This document shows, piece after piece, positions 37,380-50,000 of a DNA stretch of 64,000 nt; position 1 is the first letter of the stretch, and every line of letters starts with the position of its first letter. Position numbers and translations under genes: made by a program. The DNA is taken from assembly GCA_964252035.1 (NCBI GenBank), contig OZ176200.1; one strand, written 5' to 3'. The notes below the pieces were generated by a model. It worked only from the letters and a program-made list of their open reading frames with translations, was not told the origin of the DNA and searched no databases. The stretch is from Podarcis erhardii (taxonomy: Eukaryota).

Positions 37380-38080
37380 CCTACCGTTGGCCTCCCTGCC
37401 TTCTGCCCAGCGAGCACCAGCCACCACTGAGGTTGGTGGGGCCGGGCTCGTTTGCCCCAATGGCTGACCCAGCAGGAAGAGAGCTACTCCTTTACTTCGA
37501 ACGCCAGCCCGCTGGGCTCCCTGACCCCGATCTTCTCTGACTGGTCTTTAGGGGCTGACCTCCTTCCACCGCGGGCTGGATCCCGGCAGACAAGGCTGCG
37601 CATGCAGGCCGGGGTGTGTCAAGCGTCTTTCCCAGCCTCCGGGATACTTAAAGCGGACGAGCGCCGAACTTGACGCCGCCGGGCGCGAAGGGACCCAGAG
37701 ACGACGTGGGGAGCCCAGACACCATGTCTGCGCTCAGAGTCTGCATTGTCGGTTCCGGGAACTGGTGAGTACGACTCGGACGGAGCCGAGGGGGAATCGC
37801 AGGGGGGCAGAGGACGAAGAGCCCCCTACCCACCCAGCCACCCAGCCACCCACGAGCTGGGTGCATGTGCGCCCTTGCAACAAAAGCCGAGGGTGGCCGA
37901 CGGGCTATCCAGAGAGAGGGCGAGGGAGCGCGGAGAGAGACAGCCATCCCTCTCCGGACCTTTCCTCTCTTGGACACCTGCGCAAAAATGCCAGGTCCCC
38001 CCGCCCCCGCTTCACCTTAGAAAATTTAATCGCCTTTGGATTGCCCCGATCGTTCCCTACGAGAGTCCAGAGGAAACCAG
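37380..38080 (+). promoter_or_regulatory. CpG-rich promoter of the GPD1-family gene with an NRF1-like palindrome TGCGCATGCA (37597-37606) and a TATA-like TACTTAAA (37645-37652)
   Basis: CpG-dense segment spanning exon 1; motifs read directly. Confidence 0.7.
37724..37764 (+). CDS. GPD1-family exon 1 ([14 protein letters not shown])
   Basis: acaccATGt start inside a CpG island; the exon ends AAC TG|gtgagt. Confidence 0.95.
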
Positions 38081-41000
38081 CAGACGAGGTTGCTTAGGCT
38101 GCAATCCCATCCCATTTACCTGGGAGTAAGCCCCACTGAATCCAATAGGGCTTCCTGCTGAGCAGGCATGCTAGTGCTGAGGACGCATCTGTTATGTTCT
38201 ATGCGGCTGCATATGCTCCCCTGAAATGTCAGTACCTTATAAAAACAGGAATGAGGAGCCTCTGGCGCTCCAATGGTTGTTGGACGGTCCATCAGTCCCA
38301 GGCTGCAGGACCGATGTTCAGGGGTGGTGGGAACTGTAGTTCCGCAGCAGCGGGAGGCTACTGGTTGGCCACCTCTGCTATAAAATAAGGGACAAGCGCA
38401 GAGCAGCTCTGTAATCCAAGCAGAAACGCTGTAGACCGATAGACTACAGTCTGTCCGCTGTAGACAGTCGGACAGGCTAGAAATCCCTGACCGACACAGA
38501 CTTGTACCAGTTTACTCGGGAAAAATGCCCCACAGGTTTCCCTAAGACATGTTTCGGACCACAGCCTCCCAGAGCTTTGCGAGAGGGAATCGTTTGTTGT
38601 TTTGCAGCGTTTCCACCTCCAGTCTGAACCATGCTTCATGTGTTTCTATAGCACCTGCAGATCAGACTAGAACATTGGCCTCAAAGGGAATATATCCAGT
38701 GACAGGCTGAGTTCCCCTGGGAGAAAAAGTGCTAGGGGAAACGGGCATGAAAGTGTCGTACATTTTATACCCCCCCCCCTTTGAAATCAGTTTGGGATTA
38801 ATTTCCCAAATTTGTTTTAGATGTGGAATTATTCCTGTGCTTTCATAATATCAGCCCTACATTGAAAGTCAGCATGGGTACTATTTCATAATGTGTACTT
38901 GCAGAGCAAGATGGTGGTTGTGCATCAGAAAGGGGAGGTTTTTGTTTATTCTTCTCAAGCGTTTTCTTTCCATAGTAGCTTCATGTAGGTCTAAGTGAAA
39001 GTCATTAGGACCAACCAGCACAGTTAATAGGACCAAAATGAAAAATTTACTAACACTGACCAAGAAGGACACTTTGGATTTTTAAAATTTATTTCCTAGA
39101 CCAGCAGAGAAACCTGCATTTTTTTGCAGTCATGTCCTCGCAGCGTGGAATACTTTGATACCATCTATGAAATTGAATGTTAGTTTATTTGCAGGAGTTA
39201 CTGGTCTCTCAAGAGAGAGAAATGTTGCACACACCCTGACCGACAGGCCGAGACTTACCGTATTTTTCGCTCTATAACACGCACCAGACCATAACACGCA
39301 CGTAGTTTTTAGAGGAGGAAAACAAGAAAAAAAATATTCTAAACGAAATAGTGGATATATGATTTTTGTGGTTCATGCTGTGGCCGCAGACATGTGATCT
39401 GACAGTGAGTTTGGAGTAGCCCAATGCAAAAATCCTGAGGATCCATGTGGATCCATGCTTTGTAACCACGGAGGAGGGAAGGAAGGGGAACCATGGATCC
39501 TCTGCTCATGACTGCAGCAGATTCCCCCCCGCCACCCGCAGGCATTCGCTCCATAACACGCACAGACATTTCCCCTTACTTTCTAGGAGGAAAAAAGTGA
39601 GTGTTATGGTGCAAAAAATACGGTAATTACAGTCATACCTATTTCTCCCTGTCTTCCCCACCCTTGTCCTTTTCATGTACGTTCTCAGATTACTATGCTC
39701 AGATTTGCATAAAGATTTATGCTTACCTTTCCATTCTTTAAAAGAATAGGGCATTCAGAGACAGGTCTTTGTTATCTTAACATCCAGTTTGGGCACTCAC
39801 CTAGAAATCCACACCAATTGTTCTTATTCCACAGTAACACCACTAAATAAATAAATAGAACCTGCAACTACAGAAATTTCATTATGGCTGTACACCTCAG
39901 CGACCTTTTCTGGTGAGCTATAGAACTCCTTGACCTTAGAGATGCATACTCCATAATGTAAACCCTGGGCAAGTTTCAGAATTTATGTTAAGCAGGGTGG
40001 AGGTTGAGCTTGAAAATAACAGGGAGGATTTGTGTATTTTATTCTTATATTTTCTCTCTTTGTGGCATACTCGAATGATGTCTCAGTTGGTAGTTTGGTG
40101 CAAATTCACCATTGTTTGTATGAAGAAAGAAAAGGCTGATCATGTGAGATGGGACACAACAGCCAAGGGCAGCACAAGATTCCTGTCCGGATAGTTAGGC
40201 AGAGATTATACCTCTTTCAGGAGTGAAAAGGGAGTGGGTGGAGCAAAGGGAGGAAAGCAGTGACAGATGACACAGAGTGTAGCATGGATGAACTGTACCA
40301 ACTCCACATTCAAGGTACAAGCTGTTGGATACTTTCACAGGAAAAGTTCACACCTTAAATCTGCACCTTAAGTGCACCTACGAAGGCAAGCCCTGCAGAA
40401 AGGTAGGCAGGTTCCTTAAGCCTCAACCCACAATGCACCAGAAATGTACCATGACAGATAAAATATGGATGTTCTGCTCCTTGTGCTTTGCCTGCTACTT
40501 GCAATTTTCCCACTCCCAGTTGCATAGCTACAGTTCCTTTGTTGGATTGGAAGCTCTAGCTGCATGTAGATTGGCAGTAGCAGATCCTACACTGAAGCAC
40601 TGGAGATATGGAAAATGGTGGCTGTTACAACTGCTTTGTTGCTGGTCCAAGGGTATACTGGATAGCTGGAGCTGTGCTGTGCTCATGGAACTCCACCCCT
40701 CTGGTGCCCAGAGCATCTCCACTAGTCCCTTGGTAAGCTTTGAAAGGCTAAAGGCAGCACTGGGGTGGGGGCACCAGAGGGTCATTGTTAGGTTTGATGG
40801 AGCCCTGGGCAAGGTGACCCCTGGCAAGCTCCCTCAAACATGGCACCAATCCTGGAAAAGGCCTCTTATTTGCACCCAAACACAAAATGAGCCACAATGA
40901 AAGCTGTCCCCGGACACAACAGCATAGCATGGGTAGCTTGAAATACCAACTTTTTGGTGATATCCTGGCTACATAGGAACTACCTTCAGAAAAGATGTCT

Positions 41001-44000
41001 GTCTCCCCTACAAGAAATAAGAATTGTGCCTTTCATGTACACATGCAGAATGGTTGTGTCTAACAGAGGTTAGACATTTGGTCTTGCAACCCACCTCACA
41101 TCCCACCAGCACCCCAAAATGCAGATGCAGCTCTCATGTGATAGGCTGCAAGTCAGAGTCCTTCAGAGGTGGGGGGAAATTTTGAGCTTTTTTGTCTGTG
41201 AGTTGAGTCAGAGACACTAACCTCCAAGCTTATCTGTAAGATTTGCAGTCAGGGTTGCATTCCTTTAAGCTACCAAAATAGATGTGAAAGTTCAATGGTC
41301 AGCAATACTGTACTTTCAAAAACATCTAAACAACCACTTGCATACTAAACACCCACTTCTCAGTTGTTGTTTTTGGAAGTTTCATAGTCAGGCCTTGAAA
41401 TATTTATTTTCCACAATGGTTTCTGATTTGCTGCTGGTTTGGTTTTATTGTTATTATTAGCTGTTAAATTGACAAACAAAATCAACATTTTGAAAATGTG
41501 GCCATCAAACTGATGTCAGGCATGACATATGCGAACCTGATTCTCAGACAGCTCAATACCACACCTTCCTGTTTCAGATTAGTTGGCCTGAACTCTTGAA
41601 CAACCAATGTTCTTGTTCAATATCCACAATCACAAATGTGGACTTGCATCCCCCACCTTATGCAAATGTTTACTTTTCTTTCATCAGTGTGACTAACTAA
41701 CCCATGTGCAAAAGTTTTGCTTGAAGAGTCTTAAGAAGTAGTTTGTCTGCTCATTTCTGGTGACCTGTGGGTTAGGAGCTCTTCTAGATTGTTGTATATA
41801 CAGTAACTTGTGAACCTGAATTCAATAGGTACCACAAGCTATCTTGTAGAGTCATTAGGAGAATATAAATATATTAATAAAGAAACGTACAAGCTGTCAA
41901 AAGCTTTTTGCCTTCTGATGAAGGCAGCTGCTAGGACATGGCTCAGTGAGGCAGAGAGATCCAATGCTGATATAGCAGCCTTCTCTTAGCTGAGATGACC
42001 TTTGGCTTAGATATGCTTGACACAGACATATGCAAAAAGGTATTGCCAGCATTTTAAAGATTTATTTAAGTTCTAACTTCAGAGGGGTGAGTTTTATGTG
42101 TGAAGTCTGTGGTAGCTCAACACACTCAGACCACCTGAAAACCCAACTTTATTTGTACAATTAATTTGAAAAGCTTTTCAACTGGTCTCTCGGCTGTAGC
42201 TGTATGTTGCTTACATTGCTGTGGAGCAGCTAGAGATACAATTTTGCTGACAGAATTTTGGGACTCCCAGGTTCTGTTTTACTTTCACTTGTTCGGTCAC
42301 AACACAAGGCGTTCAGATATAGCTCTCCTGAGGAAGTTGTGTTTGCTTGAATGACCTTGAATACCATTAATCTGACTTAGAAAAACACAGTGTAACTTCA
42401 CTGGATCTGCAATGGTGACACTCTGATGTTGCCCCAAGGAAGCCATTGAGGGAACAGCAGTGGCGGCAAGTCTCACAGGGGGTGCTCCAGCGGTGGGAGC
42501 CTCCCAGGCTGGCACGCCATGGCAGGCGGCATTTGCATCCCTGGTGGGCAGATTTTCGCGATTGGCACGATTGTCGTCATGAAAATCAGCCCGCCGATCG
42601 CGTAATACCACCCGCTGGGGATGTGAGTGCCGCCCGCCGAGCGGAGCAAACACCACCCGCCAGGGGGTGCCAGGCTGATCACAGGGCATATTTGCACGAT
42701 CAGCGGGCGGATTTTCACGACAGTGATCGTGCCAGTCATGAAAATCCACCCACTGGGGGTGCGAGCGCTGCCACTCCAATCCACCCGGGGGAGTTTGTCA
42801 CCCCCCTAGGCATGACACCTGAGGCAAACCGCACTCCCCCACACCCCCCTTGCAATGCCTCTGGGGGACAGAAGTCCTGGTCTCCTTTCTATTTGCATGG
42901 AACAAGGAGAAAAGCATTAGGAATTATTGTTATAGAGATTAGGCAAGATGGTATGATAATTTAAGTAAGGTTCATGTACTCTTTTGTGTACAGAAGTATG
43001 TTCCCCGACATTTCTCCCCATTTTTATTTTCATTATTTGTTAAGTTTAATATTGCCCTTGTAGATCTCATGGTGGTTCACAACAATTTGCAATATAAAAA
43101 ACACAAAATACAGACTAAAAATAAGAACAAAAACAAGCCAGAAATCCCACATCACATTTAAAAGGGCATTGGATATCAATCAGCCTGAGGCCTGGTTGAA
43201 GAGGAACACTTTCTACAAACGGGGAACTGTTGCAGAAAAGGCCCATTCTCATGTTGCCACCCTCTGGACCTTTCATGGACTCACATGAGGAAAGGGCCTC
43301 AGATTATGATCTCAGGGTTGAGATAGGCTCATATGGAGAGAGGTGGTCCTTGGGGGTATTGTGGTCCTAAGCCATAAGGTTTTATTGGTCAAAACCTGGG
43401 CCTGGAAATTGATTGGTAGCCAGTTGGGCCAGGATCAATGTAATGCGCAGACCTTCTTGCCCTGAATTCTGCACTAGGTGGAGAAGCAGTTCTAGACTAA
43501 CTGTGCACACAACTCTTTAAAGGGGAAACCATACTTCCTCCTCAGTTAAAATCTTTAAGGTCTAAATATGACATAGGTATCTAAACTGCCAATTTTCTTT
43601 GCTAAAAAAACCCCACATGGAATTTTGATGTGGGGTGTTGGTTTTGGCATCCGTCTGTCTTGAAAGACAGTGGAGGGCACCTCCAGGGATGAAGTCAAAC
43701 TGCTATGTTAGCAGCACCAAAGTGACCATCCAAAGTGCACAAGCAGTGCATATGTACAGTACATATGTTGTATACATTGGCAGCCATTTGTGAAATTTAC
43801 TATAGGAGGTAAAGCTTTATAAAGTTTGCTAAATCCAAATTACTATGCCAATTTTGCTTGTGTCCAAATTCTTGAGATATAGTGCTTGTGCAACCATACG
43901 CTTCTGGTGAGTGGGGATGCAATTAACACTGCCTTTAATTATTTGCCTTCTTTTCCTCCCCCTCCCCCACTTTTCTTTTTTTAAAGGGGAAGTGCCATTG

Positions 44001-47000
44001 CAAAAATCATAGGCAAAAATACCCAGAAATCCCTCAAATTTCACCCTACTGTAAATATGTGGGTATTTGAAGAGCAAATCGATGGGCGAAAACTCACAGA
44101 AATAATTAACCAAGACCATGAGAATGTGAAGTATCTCCCAGGGCATAAGTTACCTCCTAACGTGGTAAGTTCAATGTAACTCCTTAACTGTAGTTTCAAG
44201 TTTTAAAGGTAGTGTAGTTGGGCCATAATGGAATGCAATTCAATGTAACAAAGGCTGCTTCCATGCTGGGAATTTAGTGTACAATAGCTGCATTTTGGGT
44301 CGCTCACTTTTTATGAGGCTCATGTGAGCTAAACACCCTACTCCCATGCTTCTCCTTTTTGGCTTTCTTCCACCCCCACCCCATTCCTCAAGCTTAGAAA
44401 AATCTGCCCTTTCTTTAAAAAAACATAGCAGAACAGCTGTGCAGCTTTCCCAGGAGCAGACTGAGAAGGGAATGGTACTCAAAATCTATCAGAAGGATAA
44501 TGCAATTGATTAAAGAGCAGCATAGGTACACACAGACATTGATATGAGTTGTGTGTTATCTAAACTAGAGAAGAAATCCTGGCACAGCTGACAGAACAAT
44601 GCAAGAACCTTGTGAGTTTTGCAACTGGTTAGGCTTAGATACATTATTTGTCTTCAAACCTACTCGGTATTCCAGAATACTCTGAGGACCTGCAGACCAT
44701 TGTGTCCCAAATTGTAGAATGTGCACAACAAAGACAGGACACGAGGTTGATCCCCCCCCCCAAGTGGCTGCCAAGCTTGAGGCTCTAATCCTATACACAC
44801 TTACTTGAAAGCAAGCCTCACACCACTGGACTTACTTCTGAGCAAACATTGATAGAATTAGGTTGCTAAGAGAACTGAGCTAAGACACTTCAAGAAGTTT
44901 TTCAGATGCAAAGCTTAAATCTATGTTTACTTATATATAATATAAATGTAAAAGAGTGGTTTCTCTCTCTCCAAATATTCATTTGCAGTTGAACATTGTG
45001 TTTTCATGTGAGTTAGTAGATTAATGTTATTTTGTACGGACCTCAATTCAGGACAGCTGGCCCTATTAAGACTGCTGCAAAAAATACTTGTGTTGCATAT
45101 ATGGATGTGCCTTCCTGAATGCACAACCCCAGGAAATACACATTGCATGCTCAAAATGTGTATATATGTGAATGTCATCTCGATCCACTCTTGCCGCTAT
45201 GGGAAATGCTGCTGGATAGCTGTCCTTGTTTGTTTTTCAATAATAGAATGTGTAAATTTTCTTCTTCTTTTTTGTTTCAGGTTGCTGTAGCAGACCCAGC
45301 AGAAACAGTAAATGGTGCAGACATTATAATATTTGTTATACCTCATCAGTTCATTCCTAAAATCTGTCAGCAGCTAACTGGCCATGTAAAACAAGGAGCC
45401 ATTGGAATTTCGCTAATCAAGGTAGTTTGTGAACCTTTCCCAAGGGGTAGGACTGGTTAGGGAGAAAATGGAACAGTGAAATTTCCAGGGTCTTGACTGC
45501 ATATAGGGTGCAGCAGGGGCACCAACCTGAATAAAATATTGTGGGGGCCCAGGTAAGCCCCACCCCACATAATCAATAACATGTGTCACGAACGTGGCTC
45601 ACCTGAGCGCAGGGGAAGAGTCAGACTCAGAAATTGAGCTAAGTGAGAAACCAATTTTATTGGGAAGGCTGAAGCCCCCATTGTCCCTAGGAGTTGGCTC
45701 CTATGGGGTGAAGACAAAATTGTTTCTAACATTGTGTTTTAATTGTTATAACCTGCCTTGGGTGATAAATAATATTAACTCTAGAGCACACTTCCTCTCT
45801 GCCTACAGTCGGAATGAACCATGCCTCTGGGTTGGTTTCAAGAGCTATGGACACCCCGAGATGCAGAACAGAAGGCAAAAGTGCCATATTTGGAAAGGAC
45901 TAGTCATTTCCCCACAATATATTATTTTATTTTCTAAAGCTTATGTTATTATATAAAAAGTTGGCTATGTAACACACATCAAACAATCTTAAGAGAAATG
46001 TACTGTGTGGGTCATAACCAAGATATTTATCAACCCAACAACGTGCTGTCTGTTCCCATTATCCTTTGTTGTAAACAACTTCTGCACAGGCTCAATTTCA
46101 TAGAGTACAACAGGATCAGATCTATGTTTCATCTACTGAAGTGCAAGGAAGGCTAGTCTTACTTTTATTCACTGCCTTCCTGTTAAACAGGGCATAGACG
46201 AAGGCCCTAAAGGACTGAAACTCATATCGGACATCATTCGAGAGAAGCTGGGCATAGAAGTCAGTGTACTCATGGGAGCCAACATCGCAAATGAAGTGGC
46301 AGATGAAAAGTTCTGTGAAACCACCATTGGTAATTCTGTGTTCAAGACTAATGACTAAACGAGGGATCAGTTCAGTCCACTTACTCAAAATATAGATCCA
46401 GAATGTTTCTCCTGCTCCACTTTGTGGTGATCTAGAAGATATATCTGTGGATCTATAGCTGCTGTGATGAGACTTCCCCCCACCCCCACCCCAAAAAACC
46501 CTTGCCAACTTTGTTTGTTGTTGCAGTGTTCTGCACAACCCTGTAAGAATGAAAGGTAGCAGCTGGTCAAAGGTCACCCAATGAGATTCATGGATGAGTG
46601 GGAATTTGAATTTGCGTCTCCCTAGTCCAACACTCTTATCCTCTACATCTCACTGACACTCACAGCTGACCTAGGTGGTTTTTATTATTATTGCCCATGC
46701 TTTTGCAAATGGGAATGTTTGTAGCATTTGAATACAGGCATTCTTGTGTTTTCGGTAACACAGCACTGAAAGCGTATTTACAAATCATTATTGAGCATCT
46801 CTCCCTATAGAAAGCTTACTGGGTTTGGGTATGGTGAGTCTAATGGTGAGTCACAAGCATAGCTGAGATTAGAAGAGATGCTTCCATTTAAGTTAAAGTC
46901 ATATGATATGCTGTTACTTGGCCATTACCTCAGTCCTAATTTACTGTGCTTCTTTTCATAGGTTGCAAAAATCCTGAAAGTGGGAAGATCTATAAAGAGT

Positions 47001-50000
47001 TGTTGCAAACCCCAAATTTCAGAATTACTGTGGTAGATGACTGTGACACCGTGGAGCTCTGTGGAGCCTTAAAAGTGAGTCATTCCAAATCAAATATTGT
47101 GAGGCCAATTAAAGTTTTTTGCAAGCTGTGTGGCCAGCTAAGCTTTCAAAAATTTTTTCACAGGTTTTCTCATTCATTTGTTCACTGGTTTTACAAATCT
47201 GTAAAATGGGAGAACTGTACTTACATCCCACTTGCTATACTAATTAAAAATGGCCTTGATATAGGTTGGACAATAGCTGGTTGTTAAATCGCTGCCACCA
47301 ATTAGGAAGCAAATATATGTGACTTGTCACCTCAGAAAAAATGTAATCCTTTGGACATACTATTCTCAAGTGAATTTTCTTGGCTTTGATGTAGGCAGTG
47401 GGGAAATATGTCCAATGACTTCTTTTTTAAAGCGAGATCTGTTAGTTTTATGTTGGGCTCTTTTTAGATGACTTTCTAGGCAACGTCTGCACTGGAGTTT
47501 GTAGGACATATGATAAAGTACTTTTTAGAGATTTGTTGAAGGTGGGACAACATACACATACTTTTGTCCACTATGAGGAGTTGTGAAATACTTCTCTTCA
47601 GGTTTCTGATAGAGGAAGAAAAACCAGCGTCCACACAACACCATAGGCATTACTCTATAACACATCCAAAGTTGTTTTCTTCTAGGTCAGACTATTTGTA
47701 GATCAGCTCTGTGCTGTCTACTGCTGTCATTAGTAGAGGCCCTTTAATATCACTCTCTACCTGACGCTTTTAATTTGAGATGCAAGGGAATTTGGGATCT
47801 TCCGCCTAAAAACCATGTGCTACAGAGCTATGATCCCTCCCTCATATCACTATCTCACTTAAAAACATTCAGTACAAGGATACACCTCATTAGCTGCTTT
47901 GATCCTATGGAAATGTCTCACCAGCTGCTTTGATTCTGTGGAGATAAACAAGAAGTGTGGCTTGTTACTACCAAGACATATTTTAGCAGCATATTCTTCA
48001 ACTGCAGCAGCACTTCTTATAGTGACCAGACTTGCAGACACCACTTGCTGAATATATCTGAATAGACCACTGAACTGCATGCAGTTTTGCTCTTGGGGGC
48101 ATTTAGGAGCAACTGAATAGAGAAATGCAGCTGTTGGAATGCATTTGCGAATGGCACCTTTTGCTAAGCATTCATGCTTTCTGAAGTCATTAAACACGAT
48201 GCCTTTGTCTCATGTGATTTTTTTCTTCACTCTCCTTTTCTCCCTCTGTTCCAACTGGATTTAGAATATCGTTGCAGTAGGGGCTGGTTTTTGTGATGGG
48301 TTGGGCCAAGGTGACAATACCAAGGCAGCTGTGATTCGTCTGGGCCTAATGGAAATGATTGCCTTTGCTAAACTCTTTTGCAAAGGCCCTGTAGTAATAA
48401 ATACATTTCTGGAAAGTTGTGGTGTTGCTGATCTGATTACCACATGCTACGGGGGACGCAACAGGAAGGTGGCTGAAGCTTTTGCACGTGGTGGAAAAGT
48501 AAGTATTTCGCCCCAAGATTAATTGCTGTAATGGGTACACTTTTGTCTTATCAGCCCTTTCCCAATAGTATTCTGCATTTACTTATGAGGACAGGGGGCA
48601 TATCTAACTAGTATATTACAGTATGCATTTGTTTGTGGATGAGACCAGTGGTAGTGACCAAGGCCCCTTGCTAATAACTGACTTTGTGTGATGTTAAACT
48701 TTCTAAAATGGGCATAATATGGAGAAAGTAGATAGAAAGAAGCTCTTCTCTTTCCTCCTTTCATAATATAACCAGGCACCATCCAGGAAAAAAGAATGGT
48801 GGGAGATTCAGAAAAAGAAAGGGACATATTCACACCATGTAACTGTGGTATCCATTCCCAGAAAATGATGTGATGGTCTTCAACTTAGATGGCTTTAGAA
48901 GATTAGACAAATCAGTGGTGGGTATCTGCCACTACTCAACATTATAGCTGTTTCGGCTTTCTAGTGTCACACAGAGTTTAGCTGGAAATAATACCAAATG
49001 AGAGATGCCTGTCCTAATTTAAAAACACATACGTTTTTAGTATGTATAAGTAAATCTTGGGTATTGCTTAGATTGGAAATAATAATTTTGTGCAGACTCT
49101 ATTCTTTGCAAAAGAGAACAAAGGGAGTTCCAGCTTCAGCACTTTCACATTTATTACTTAGTTTTAAATGGAGTTTAGTGATGCAGTTTCCTTTAAACCA
49201 AATACAAATGATCTAACACTCTTTAAAAATAATTTCCAGACAATTGAACAGCTAGAAAAAGAAATGCTGAATGGGCAAAAGCTACAAGGGCCTCAAACAT
49301 CTGCTGAAGTCTACAAAATCCTGAAGCAGAAGAAAATGGTTGACAAGTACGTAGCTTGACTTTCTAGTAAATATCCTGTCTGAGAAGTCAGAGTATTCTC
49401 TGCACTTTGCTGGCTCCTTTGGCCATGGAAAAACCCTTGGGTGTCTCTGTTGTGAGCCATCACTAGGGTTGGGGGATTAGTTTGTATTTAAAGGTAAATT
49501 TACATAATTCACGCTTTCTGAGAAGGTATGGGAACCAAAACACACTCATCATTCAAACATCACACTTCTCTGAATTTTGCATGTAGTTCTATGGCCAAGC
49601 AATGTTTACAAAATGCACATAGTAGGATAAAGTGCACATCTAAGTGAAAATAACATACAAAATGCATTAAATTATGGAAAACTGATTTGTAAATAACATG
49701 TATAATGAGAAATCAGCTTTAAAATGCCGGTGAATTTTCATGAGGCTTCTTATTAAAAAAATTGCAAATTGACGTGGAAATGTTGAGAACTGGACTTGAG
49801 ACACAGAGAAACAGAAGTTGATATTCTCCCATTCATACTTGCTACAGTGCTTTAAAATATTTCAATAGTATTCTGTCCTGTATCTAATCATAAAGTTTAC
49901 ATCATGCATCAGCCATGTACAGAAAAGCCAGCTAAAAATGACCTTGCTGGTAAAAACTTAAATTGGTTGTATTTTGCATGAAAATTTACTTTAGCAATTG

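Noticed and set aside
40325-40900. 191-aa ORF (TTG start) in GPD intron 1
   Set aside because: No recognisable homology, no convincing splice or Kozak context, and random-like composition.
42297-42964. Cluster of 100-172 aa overlapping ORFs on both strands
   Set aside because: Explained by the GC-rich, stop-poor palindromic hAT element.
45584-45715. Possible solo LTR (TGTCACG...GACA)
   Set aside because: No matching 4-6 bp TSD, no second copy, and no PBS or PPT seen.
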